From positions 1,530,001 through 1,562,000 of the forward strand of contig NC_010655.1 in assembly GCF_000020225.1 (NCBI RefSeq): DNA of 32,000 bases. Direction: 5' to 3'. Under the pieces are notes generated by a model. The model was given only the letters and a program-made list of their open reading frames with translations, had not been told where the DNA came from and ran no database searches. Origin of the DNA: Akkermansia muciniphila ATCC BAA-835. GTDB taxonomy: Bacteria > Verrucomicrobiota > Verrucomicrobiia > Verrucomicrobiales > Akkermansiaceae. The translations under genes were made by a program, and so were the position numbers. Shown here one piece after another: positions 1 through 7,128 of the stretch. Position 1 is the first letter of the stretch. Every line of letters begins with the position of its first letter.

Positions 1-160
1 CCTGAGATTTCCGCCAAGCGCGGGGAGTGGCGCATCTGTTCAAGAAAGCGGTGCGCCGCCCGCATGGGCCCTACGGTATGGGATGATGAAGGACCTATGC
101 CGATGCTGAAAAGCTCAAAAATGCTGTAATGGTGCATGTCCGTTTTCCTGTAGCGGGGAA

Positions 161-191
161 GGGCCGGAAATCCCGCTGGGAATTCCGGCCC
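161..191. terminator. GC-rich hairpin just beyond the trxB 3' end (possible bidirectional terminator)
   Basis: Perfect 9-bp inverted repeat GGGCCGGAA (161-169) / TTCCGGCCC (183-191), with an inner TCCC/GGGA pair in the 13-nt loop. It lies 17 nt past the trxB stop (208-210, minus strand). There is no U-tract on either strand, so the role is inferred from position only. Confidence 0.35.
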
Positions 192-207
192 GTTCCGAAA
201 GATGGGT

Positions 208-1161
208 TTACAGCCCCAGCAGGTAGCGTTCCGCTTCAATCGCGGCGCTGCAGCCCATTCCGGCGGAAGAAATGGCCTGGCGGTAGTGAGGATCCGCCAC
301 ATCTCCGGCGGCGAACAATCCCGGCGTCCTGGTCGCCATCATCCCTGTTTCCCGGATAATGTAGCCGGCATCGTCCCGGTCCACCAGATCCCCCAGGAAA
401 GAAGTGTTCGGCGTGTGCCCGATCGCCATAAAGACGCATTTGACGGGAAGTTCCGTTTCATCCCCTTCTACTACGTCCTTCAGCATGACGGCTTCCAGTT
501 CTCCCTTGTCGTCCGTCTTATAGCTTACGATGGTGGAATTCCACATGGGGAAAATCTTTTCATTGGACAGCGTTCGTTCCGCCATGATTTTGGAAGCGCG
601 GAGCGTGTCGCGGCGGTGGATCAGGTACACCCGGGAAGCGAAGCGCGTCAGGAACATGGCTTCTTCACAGGCGCTGTCTCCTCCGCCTACCACGCACACA
701 GGCACGTCCCGGTAAAAAGCTCCGTCACAGGTGGCGCAGGCGGTGAGTCCGTGGCCAACCAGCCCTTCCTCTCCCGGTATTCCCAGATAGCGGGCGGATG
801 CTCCCGTAGCCACAATGATACTCCGGGTTTCGTAATTCTGGCCGCTGGTCTTCACGGTGAACAGCCCGGTGGCTTCATCCCTGACGACGCTCTTGACGTC
901 CTCATATGCAAACCGGGTGCCGAACTTTTCCGCCTGCTGCTGCATCAGGAACATCAGGTCCGGCCCCATCACGCCGTCCGGAAAGCCGGGGAAGTTTTCC
1001 ACTTCCGTCGTGGTGGTCAGTTGTCCGCCGATTTGGGAACCCGTGATCAGAAGCGGAGAGAGATTGGCGCGGGCGGTGTAAATGGCCGCCGTGTAACCAG
1101 CGCAGCCGGCACCGATGATAATGACTTGTTCGCTCATAATAGTATATATGTCCGTTGCCAT
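208..1161 (-). CDS. trxB: thioredoxin-disulfide reductase (low-Mr TrxR)
   Basis: 317-aa ORF. It has the FAD Rossmann motif [14 protein letters not shown], the redox-active CATCDG, the NADPH motif [12 protein letters not shown] and a C-terminal [10 protein letters not shown]. An alternative ATG at 1137 ([11 protein letters not shown]) would give a 4-nt ATGA overlap with the upstream gene's stop. Confidence 0.95.
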   Translation of the reverse strand: MATDIYTIMSEQVIIIGAGCAGYTAAIYTARANLSPLLITGSQIGGQLTTTTEVENFPGFPDGVMGPDLMFLMQQQAEKFGTRFAYEDVKSVVRDEATGLFTVKTSGQNYETRSIIVATGASARYLGIPGEEGLVGHGLTACATCDGAFYRDVPVCVVGGGDSACEEAMFLTRFASRVYLIHRRDTLRASKIMAERTLSNEKIFPMWNSTIVSYKTDDKGELEAVMLKDVVEGDETELPVKCVFMAIGHTPNTSFLGDLVDRDDAGYIIRETGMMATRTPGLFAAGDVADPHYRQAISSAGMGCSAAIEAERYLLGL

Positions 1162-2057
1162 GGTAAAGGGCCCGTGCCCGTTTTGCGAGTAGATTTTGCG
1201 CTATGCGGAGACAATGCAGCGGCCTGCAATCCGGCGGTTGCGGGACGGGTTCCGGCAGTGGCGGAAAAGAGCTGCCTGCATGTATCCCTGGCGACGGTCT
1301 GCAATATTCTGGCCCTGTCTGCGGGAAGATTGCTCAGCCGCGTCCCTTTCAAGGACAAGCGGCCCGGCAGGCCCAGCGGAGACTTTCCGAATAACGTGAA
1401 GTAGATTACGCATGCCGTCAGGTAGCTCCCTTCCTCCGTCGGGTGCCGGCCGTCAGTCTGGTACAGCTGGATGTCAGTATGGCGTTTGAGGCAATTCTCC
1501 CAGGCAATGCCCACGGGGGCGAGCGCTGCTTTTTCCCTCCGGGCAAGTTTCAAATACGTTTCAAGAAGATCCTTTTGCTCCTGCGGGTCCGGAGTTCCGG
1601 AAGCTCCTCTTTTCCCCCACGTCAGCATCAGGATGGGCGTTCCTTTGGCGGCTCGTATCAGAGAGCACCATTTTTCTCCGAACTCCATGGTTCGTTCCGG
1701 AGCCCGGATAGGTGTGGCGCTTTGGTCCTGGAGAATAACGAAGTCCCATGCCGTTCCCTCCATGTTGCTGCGGGCACGCCTGTCATTCCAATGGGACTGG
1801 AGGGATGCTGCCGGAGCCGCGTGCATGTGCACGTCCGGCCGCAATCCTTTGGTGTCTGCCATGGCTTTAACCATGGCGGGCATGCGGTTGAAAAACGTAT
1901 AGCTGTTTCCCAGAAAGAGAATACGGCTGCCGGGGCGTGCAGGAACACAGCGCGGCCAGGAGGGGGATGCGGGCGGCTCTTCCCGGGCCTGGAGAGGGCG
2001 GGGGAAAACTGCCCAGGAAAAAATCAGCAGCAGGAATATCTTGGCGGGCGGCATCAT
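1134..2057 (-). CDS. secreted SGNH/GDSL-type hydrolase (esterase-like)
   Basis: 307-aa ORF with a hydrophobic N-terminus (KIFLLLIFSWAVFPRPLQA). Block I is LFLGNSYT (Ser nucleophile) and block V is DGRHPTEEG (Asp-x-x-His). The last ~60 aa are low-complexity (A/T/G/P rich) and run into the trxB start region. The fold assignment is by motif only. Confidence 0.7.
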   Translation of the reverse strand: MMPPAKIFLLLIFSWAVFPRPLQAREEPPASPSWPRCVPARPGSRILFLGNSYTFFNRMPAMVKAMADTKGLRPDVHMHAAPAASLQSHWNDRRARSNMEGTAWDFVILQDQSATPIRAPERTMEFGEKWCSLIRAAKGTPILMLTWGKRGASGTPDPQEQKDLLETYLKLARREKAALAPVGIAWENCLKRHTDIQLYQTDGRHPTEEGSYLTACVIYFTLFGKSPLGLPGRLSLKGTRLSNLPADRARILQTVARDTCRQLFSATAGTRPATAGLQAAALSPHSAKSTRKTGTGPLPWQRTYILL

Positions 2058-2337
2058 GGCTTTAGACGGGTTCCCATGTTTCCGGAATAAAATTTCAAAT
2101 GGAATTCATGACGTGAGCAGGCTCTTTCTATACATCAGGTAAAAGTAAATTCATAGAGATAAAAGAGAACATGGAATGCCTTTGTTTCGGCATCCCTTGT
2201 ACGGGTGCCGGGGCTGCCGTCAGTCCCGGCAGGCAGACGGGGATTTCCTTGTCTCCGTATCGCCGCGCGAAGGTATTTTTCTTCCTTCTCCTTGATTGGG
2301 AAGCACTGCATCAATTTAAGCCTGAACGACTGGTTGT

Positions 2338-2946
2338 ATGACTGGGGAAGACTTTCCGGGGGACTTGCCGAAAGGAGACGGGTGTGGTTGGATATGGTTC
2401 ATGAAGTCTGAGCCGCTGACCAAGCGCCGTGTGGCGGGTGTGGATGATCCGCTGTTCCTGGATTCTCTGGATATTTACCGGACAAGCTTTCCGGTGCATG
2501 AACAGCGGCGGATACAGGATTTCCCGTTGGCGTTTCAAGACCCCGGTTTTTGTTATGAAGTATTTTTAAATGGGGAAGGCCGGGTGGTTGCGATGCTGGT
2601 GACGTGGCGTCGGGAAAAATTCGTGTATCTGGAGTATTTTGCCGTGGATGCCTCCCTGCGCGGCCAGGGTGCCGGGCAAAGGATTCTGGAAGAATTGAGG
2701 GATGCGTTTCCGCACAAGGTTATTTTGGAAATTGATCCTCCGGAGGACGGGATCTCACGTCGGCGGCTGGGGTTTTATCAGAGGCACGGCTTTGTCCCCA
2801 ATCCGCAGTTTGATTATATCCATCCTCCTTATACGGATGAGGGTGAACCTTTCCCGCTCCTGCTGATGACGCATGGAGATTTGCTGGATGAGGAGACATA
2901 CCGGAGCTTTGTGGATTTCCACCATCGCCACGTAGTGGCGAGGTGA
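2338..2946 (+). CDS. GNAT family N-acetyltransferase
   Basis: 202-aa ORF with acetyl-CoA motif A (YFAVDASLRGQGAGQRILEEL) followed by RRLGFYQRHGF. An alternative ATG at 2401 (MKSEPL...) would give about 181 aa. Confidence 0.85.
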   Translation: MTGEDFPGDLPKGDGCGWIWFMKSEPLTKRRVAGVDDPLFLDSLDIYRTSFPVHEQRRIQDFPLAFQDPGFCYEVFLNGEGRVVAMLVTWRREKFVYLEYFAVDASLRGQGAGQRILEELRDAFPHKVILEIDPPEDGISRRRLGFYQRHGFVPNPQFDYIHPPYTDEGEPFPLLLMTHGDLLDEETYRSFVDFHHRHVVAR

Positions 2947-3020
2947 ATGAATGGCCGGGGAAAATCCGCGCCATGGGGGGATTTGCCCCTCTTGAAGCAA
3001 TTTATCCTTGGGGGGGCCGA

Positions 3021-3048
3021 TATGAGCCTGTAGGACATCAGGCTCATG
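3021..3048 (+). terminator. hairpin in the convergent gap downstream of the GNAT gene
   Basis: 9-bp perfect stem ATGAGCCTG (3022-3030) / CAGGCTCAT (3039-3047) with an 8-nt loop, followed by the T-rich GTTGCGGTTTTGCCTGTTTG. A weaker stem AGCCGT/ACGGCT followed by TTTTT sits at 3105-3136. Confidence 0.3.
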
Positions 3049-3170
3049 TTGCGGTTTTGCCTGTTTGTGGAACGCCCCTGAGTCTGTATTTTCCGAATCA
3101 GAAGAGCCGTTCCGCATTTTGGGGAGACGGCTTTTTGAAAAATGCAGCGGGTTGGGATACACCGGAAGAC

Positions 3171-4007
3171 TCAGCTCCATGCCCGGTCCACGGCTTCCCT
3201 CTCTTCCGGGGCAAGATATCTGGAGAGCCGTTCTCCCATGCGCAGCCTGTATTCGGGAATACTCCAGGAATGGAGCGGCTGGACGGCGGAATTGGTGAAT
3301 TGCCAGGAGGGGACGGGAACGACCACGTCCAGCACTTCTCCGGCTCTGGAGGGCATCCCGGCCAGTACCGCCGCAATGGTGGAGGTAAGCTCCGGATGTT
3401 CATCCAGAATATCCAGCAGCCATCCGCAGCCCAGGTCCGTGGGAATGGCCTCCGTTTCGGCCAGCAGGTCCGCGAGGCGCCCGGGAGGGAGATTTTTGGA
3501 AATGAAAGACAAATAAGGGGCAAACCGCATGTCTCCCAGGCTCATCAGGGCGTCCAGCGCCGGAGTCATGGACGCCTGTCCGGGACAGGGAGAGGCGCAG
3601 ATGACATTCGCCAATCCGGCAATTCCGGGAAACCGCTCCTCCGGCTGGGGCGCGGCCAGCGTATAAATAAGGAAAGCGGATTGCCTGCGAATATCCGGCG
3701 CCTCATCCGCCATGGCAAAAGGCAGCAGGGCCCTCCATCCGTCCCCTTTGCGCTGCCGGATAAAAGCTGCCAGTTGCAGAGCGCATTTGCGGCGGGCGTC
3801 CGGAGCGCAGCGGGATTGGAACATATTGTAAATGGTGACGCCTTCTTCTTCTCTTCCCGTTTCATTGCAGGTGACCAGCCCGTAGGCAATCATGGCCAGA
3901 GGCCATTGATCCGAACCGATTTCCTCCCTGCGGGAGGGATCCGTGACGAGGGCGGCAAGCCGCTTGATTTCCGACAAAGAGCTGGTTTGATCCTGAAAAA
4001 GGCCCAT
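3171..4007 (-). CDS. hypothetical cytoplasmic protein (no recognisable domain)
   Basis: 278-aa ORF with balanced amino-acid composition and no signal peptide. The overlapping plus-strand ORF 2943-4109 is G/R/Q-rich, typical of an antisense shadow frame. No motif was recognised. Confidence 0.6.
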   Translation of the reverse strand: MGLFQDQTSSLSEIKRLAALVTDPSRREEIGSDQWPLAMIAYGLVTCNETGREEEGVTIYNMFQSRCAPDARRKCALQLAAFIRQRKGDGWRALLPFAMADEAPDIRRQSAFLIYTLAAPQPEERFPGIAGLANVICASPCPGQASMTPALDALMSLGDMRFAPYLSFISKNLPPGRLADLLAETEAIPTDLGCGWLLDILDEHPELTSTIAAVLAGMPSRAGEVLDVVVPVPSWQFTNSAVQPLHSWSIPEYRLRMGERLSRYLAPEEREAVDRAWS

Positions 4008-4130
4008 GCCCGCATGATAGCCGGAGGCGGAAACCTGCCAAGGAAAAACCGTGGACTGCTTACAGGAACCCGGAGTTTTCCGGTGAACGCTGTTGAGGCA
4101 TGTTGTTGAGTGTGACCGGCGTTTTATCCT

Positions 4131-5069
4131 TTATTTATTGGCATTCCGGCTCACGTCCGGACAGGAGTTCCGTATTTTTTGATGAAATTTTTTCCTGTGT
4201 TCTTCCCCGCTTTTCCCCTGGTAGAGGTAGGCGGTTTTGGAGTTGTATCCTGCCGTTCGGTCGATGAGGTCGAGAACCTCGCCGTCTCCGTATCCCGCCT
4301 TCCTGATGTATTTGACGACTTCCCCGGCCTGGTCGGGGAAGTACTTCACCAGCATTGGGATGAATCTTTTCTCCATGATTTTAGAGACATAGCTATGATA
4401 CATGCTGTTTCTTGACGAAAATGTGACCAGATTGTTCCATCGGTGAGTCCATTCGTAATCTTTAACGTCAGAGCCGATGACATTCCCGTCCGGATTGGCA
4501 GGATGGAAACGTATTATTGCATCTTTCAGCGCTGTCTCTTTTTTTCCGAAATCAGGGAGGTGCAGAGATTTCAGCCTTTTAATGATGGCGGCGGCGTAAG
4601 CGGCATGGAGATGTTTCAGCCGTTGTTCGTGGATGCCCAGGTTGCGCGACATCTGTTTCGTATCCACGATGGAGAGCGCGGAAATGACTCCTGATTTGGC
4701 GGCAATGTCGTTGTCCCGCTCATCTTTATAAGGCCATGGCTGAACGCTGTCGTAATCCGGAGCTTCATACATGGGGGCTCCGCTGATCAGATAAAGGCTC
4801 CAGAGCATGTCGCAGGCCCCTTCCCGCGTCATCGTTCCATGGCGCCGCATGGCGTTCAGTTCTGACAGAGCCGTTTTGGCGTGGTGATAAAATGCTTTCA
4901 GATTATTTTGTTCCAGCAGGCTTTTCAGGAGCGGAGCATGCCCTTCTGTACTTCTCCGGATATGGATGGAATCGGGCGGCATGAGTTCATGATCGAATGA
5001 ATGTCCCTCTGCGGAGGAAAGGCTCCATCCGAGGCAGATGAAGATGATTATATGGAGAACGTGGTTCAC
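4131..5069 (-). CDS. secreted hypothetical protein, tandem paralog A
   Basis: 312-aa ORF with a GTG start at 5069 and an N-terminal signal-like segment (HIIIFICLGWSLSSA/EGH). About 230 C-terminal residues are nearly identical to the neighbouring 303-aa ORF. No known domain was recognised. Confidence 0.8.
   Translation of the reverse strand: MNHVLHIIIFICLGWSLSSAEGHSFDHELMPPDSIHIRRSTEGHAPLLKSLLEQNNLKAFYHHAKTALSELNAMRRHGTMTREGACDMLWSLYLISGAPMYEAPDYDSVQPWPYKDERDNDIAAKSGVISALSIVDTKQMSRNLGIHEQRLKHLHAAYAAAIIKRLKSLHLPDFGKKETALKDAIIRFHPANPDGNVIGSDVKDYEWTHRWNNLVTFSSRNSMYHSYVSKIMEKRFIPMLVKYFPDQAGEVVKYIRKAGYGDGEVLDLIDRTAGYNSKTAYLYQGKSGEEHRKKFHQKIRNSCPDVSRNANK
4189..4869 (-). repeat. tandem direct repeat, copy 1 (681 bp; copy 2 is offset by exactly +975 bp)
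   Basis: By-eye alignment to 5164-5844 shows only scattered single-base differences. The exception is a 61-nt block (4413-4473) that is essentially unrelated to its counterpart but has identical length. Confidence 0.9.
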
Positions 5070-5135
5070 CGTCTTGTCCGGGTTGTTTTTCCTGGTTGGG
5101 AGGAGGCAGATGGCGCAATGAATGAACGTTCGGCG

Positions 5136-6047
5136 TCACTCTCCGCTCTGTTTCCGCTGAAGCTTTTTCCTGTGTTCCTCTCCGCTTTTCCCCTGGTAGA
5201 GGTAGGCGGTTTTGGAGTTGTATCCTGCCGTTCGGTCGATGAGGTCGAGAACCTCGCCGTCTCCGTATCCCGCCTTCCTGATGTATTTGACGACTTCTCC
5301 GGCCTGGTCGGGGAAGTACTTCACCAGCATGGGGATAAATCTTTTCTCCATGATTTTAGAGACATAGCTATGGTACATGCTGTTTCTCATGGAAAAATAA
5401 TTTAAATTGCCTATGCGAAGAAGGTTGCTATAGTCACTCGGGTGCGTTCCGATGACATTCCCGTCCGGATTGGCAGGATGGGAACGTATTATTTCATCTT
5501 TCAGCGCTGTCTCTTTTTTCCCGAAATCAGGGAGGTGCAGAGATTTCAGCCTTTTAATGATGGCGGCGGCGTAAGCGGCATGGAGATGTTTCAGCCGTTG
5601 TTCGTGGATGCCCAGGTTGTGCGACATCTGTTTCGTATCCATGATGGAGAGCGCGGAAATGACTCTTGATTTGGCGGCAATGTCGTTGTTCCGCTCGTCT
5701 TTATAAGGCCATGGCTGAACGCTGTCGTAATCCGGAGCTTCATACATGGGGGCTCCGCTGATCAGATAAAGGCTCCAGAGCATGTCGCAGGCCTCTTCCC
5801 GCGTCATCGTTCCATGGCGCCGCATGGCGTTCAGTTCTGACAGAACTGTGTTTGAATATCCATAGAATTGTTTAAAATTTCCTGATTTAAAAAATTCTTT
5901 TAATTTTTTTGATTTTTCTCCCATTTGTCCGCGAATATGGATGGAATCAGGAGCCGGGAGTTGGCGATCAAATCCGGTCTCTTCCCCAAGGGAAGTTGAA
6001 CAGCCAAGATGTATGGCGGCAATCGCATAAATAAAATATTTCATCAT
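5136..6047 (-). CDS. secreted hypothetical protein, tandem paralog B
   Basis: 303-aa ORF with a signal-like N-terminus (MMKYFIYAIAAIHLGCSTS; a lipobox-like LGC is possible). It is a paralog of 4131-5069. Confidence 0.8.
   Translation of the reverse strand: MMKYFIYAIAAIHLGCSTSLGEETGFDRQLPAPDSIHIRGQMGEKSKKLKEFFKSGNFKQFYGYSNTVLSELNAMRRHGTMTREEACDMLWSLYLISGAPMYEAPDYDSVQPWPYKDERNNDIAAKSRVISALSIMDTKQMSHNLGIHEQRLKHLHAAYAAAIIKRLKSLHLPDFGKKETALKDEIIRSHPANPDGNVIGTHPSDYSNLLRIGNLNYFSMRNSMYHSYVSKIMEKRFIPMLVKYFPDQAGEVVKYIRKAGYGDGEVLDLIDRTAGYNSKTAYLYQGKSGEEHRKKLQRKQSGE
5164..5844 (-). repeat. tandem direct repeat, copy 2
   Basis: Counterpart of 4189-4869. The divergent 61-nt cassette lies at 5388-5448. 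Confidence 0.9.
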
Positions 6048-6061
6048 TTTTTTAGGTTCAT

Positions 6062-7108
6062 TTATTTTGACTGGTTGATAAATACGTGCTTGTTATTTTT
6101 TTCTGTGGATCTGCTGACGGAACAATTGAATTTGGAAACCGTCGTCGTAGCTATTTCGTTGACGACGTCAATCCAGTCGTAAAAAAAATGCTGTTCAACA
6201 GTCTGAATGGTTTTTACATCTTTCCCGTCGACATTGATGTTCCAGTCGCAAAGCCATTTATAAGTTTGCGGCAAGTCGTAAAATCTTAATTCCGAAATGA
6301 GTTTTTTGCTTCCAATATTGTCAGATAGCCTGTTTTTGTTGTCAAGGGGTACTGGTGCAGGATTGGGATCATGAGGGGCTGCCAGGCTGCCTTCAGCCGG
6401 GGAGGGAACGCAGCCCTTATCCCGTTCAATAATATGGACATTTCGAAAATTCACGCTTGTAGGGAGGAACGTTAATTCCAGGACAGCTGATGCCCCTGCC
6501 ATTTCTTGATCACCATCCTTTGGCAGATCAAAATAAATGACTCCTCTTTTATTAAAATCCGGATGATTTCTGTCATATGATTTCCGTAAATGTTTTGCGC
6601 TGATCCCTTCGGGAACAATGGCTGATAACGTGATTTTCGCTTCTCTTCCTTCTTCCGTGACTGCTTTAACAGTAATGTCGCCTCCTTGGGAGAGGTCATT
6701 TCTAATAACCAATGTTTGAATGACAGAGTTGTCTTCCTCTTGAAAAGAAGCCAGATTTTCTCCTTCTTCGATTGTCCATTCGATCTGGGATGGATCCCCA
6801 ATGAGCTGGGGCTTGTCTGAAACCAGGGTTAATATTACTGTTTCACCTATGCCCAATTTCTTTCTTTTTTGATCGTTCTCTTTCTCTTTTTCAGGTACGG
6901 AGCCTTTTTCTTCTTCTTGAATATAAATTTGGGCAGAGTACTCTGCCGCCTGCGATTCGATGCGCAATACCTCATTTGCCAGTAAAGGCGCTGTGAAGCA
7001 GAGGCCCAGCAGCATCATGGCGAGAGGGCATTTTGCCGGCATTCCCGGGGATAAGACGTATTTTTGGAAGAATGGGGCGGATGCCCGGATGATGGCGTTC
7101 GCGTTCAT
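6062..7108 (-). CDS. secreted hypothetical protein with a bacterial Ig-like (Big_2-like) segment
   Basis: 348-aa ORF. The hydrophobic segment MPAKCPLAMMLLGLCFTAPLLA allows alternative starts at 7042 or 7018. A charged linker (EEEKGSVPEKEKENDQKRKK) is followed by an Ig-like pattern, LGIGETVILTLV...IEWTIEEG...GDITVKAVTEEGREAKITLSAIV (about 6611-6859). The C-terminal ~180 aa are unassigned. The gene is markedly AT-rich. Confidence 0.7.
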   Translation of the reverse strand: MNANAIIRASAPFFQKYVLSPGMPAKCPLAMMLLGLCFTAPLLANEVLRIESQAAEYSAQIYIQEEEKGSVPEKEKENDQKRKKLGIGETVILTLVSDKPQLIGDPSQIEWTIEEGENLASFQEEDNSVIQTLVIRNDLSQGGDITVKAVTEEGREAKITLSAIVPEGISAKHLRKSYDRNHPDFNKRGVIYFDLPKDGDQEMAGASAVLELTFLPTSVNFRNVHIIERDKGCVPSPAEGSLAAPHDPNPAPVPLDNKNRLSDNIGSKKLISELRFYDLPQTYKWLCDWNINVDGKDVKTIQTVEQHFFYDWIDVVNEIATTTVSKFNCSVSRSTEKNNKHVFINQSK

Positions 7109-7128
7109 GTTAAAATTCTCTGTGCTGG

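Noticed and set aside
1-129. An open reading frame running off the left edge (frame 1, ...[36 protein letters not shown], stop at 127-129). It could be the 3' end of a plus-strand gene converging on trxB.
   Set aside because: Only 42 codons are visible and no motif is recognisable. The hairpin at 161-191 is consistent with a convergent gene end, but that is insufficient to call a CDS.
2205-2411. Short ORFs in intergenic or overlap regions, for example 2205-2411 (+), 8811-8999 (-) and 15299-15853 (-).
   Set aside because: They overlap better-supported genes or promoter regions in other frames, use weak starts and have no recognisable features.
2338-4007. I considered the GNAT acetyltransferase plus the adjacent unknown gene as a GNAT-type toxin-antitoxin pair.
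   Set aside because: The genes are convergent rather than co-transcribed. No small RHH/HTH antitoxin ORF precedes or overlaps the GNAT gene. The GNAT looks like an ordinary housekeeping-type acetyltransferase.
4413-5448. I considered a diversity-generating retroelement (template/variable repeat pair) as the explanation for the hypervariable 61-nt cassette in the tandem paralogs.
   Set aside because: Differences in the cassette are not restricted to adenine positions; the two versions are essentially unrelated. There is also no reverse transcriptase gene in the window. Recombination or cassette replacement fits better.
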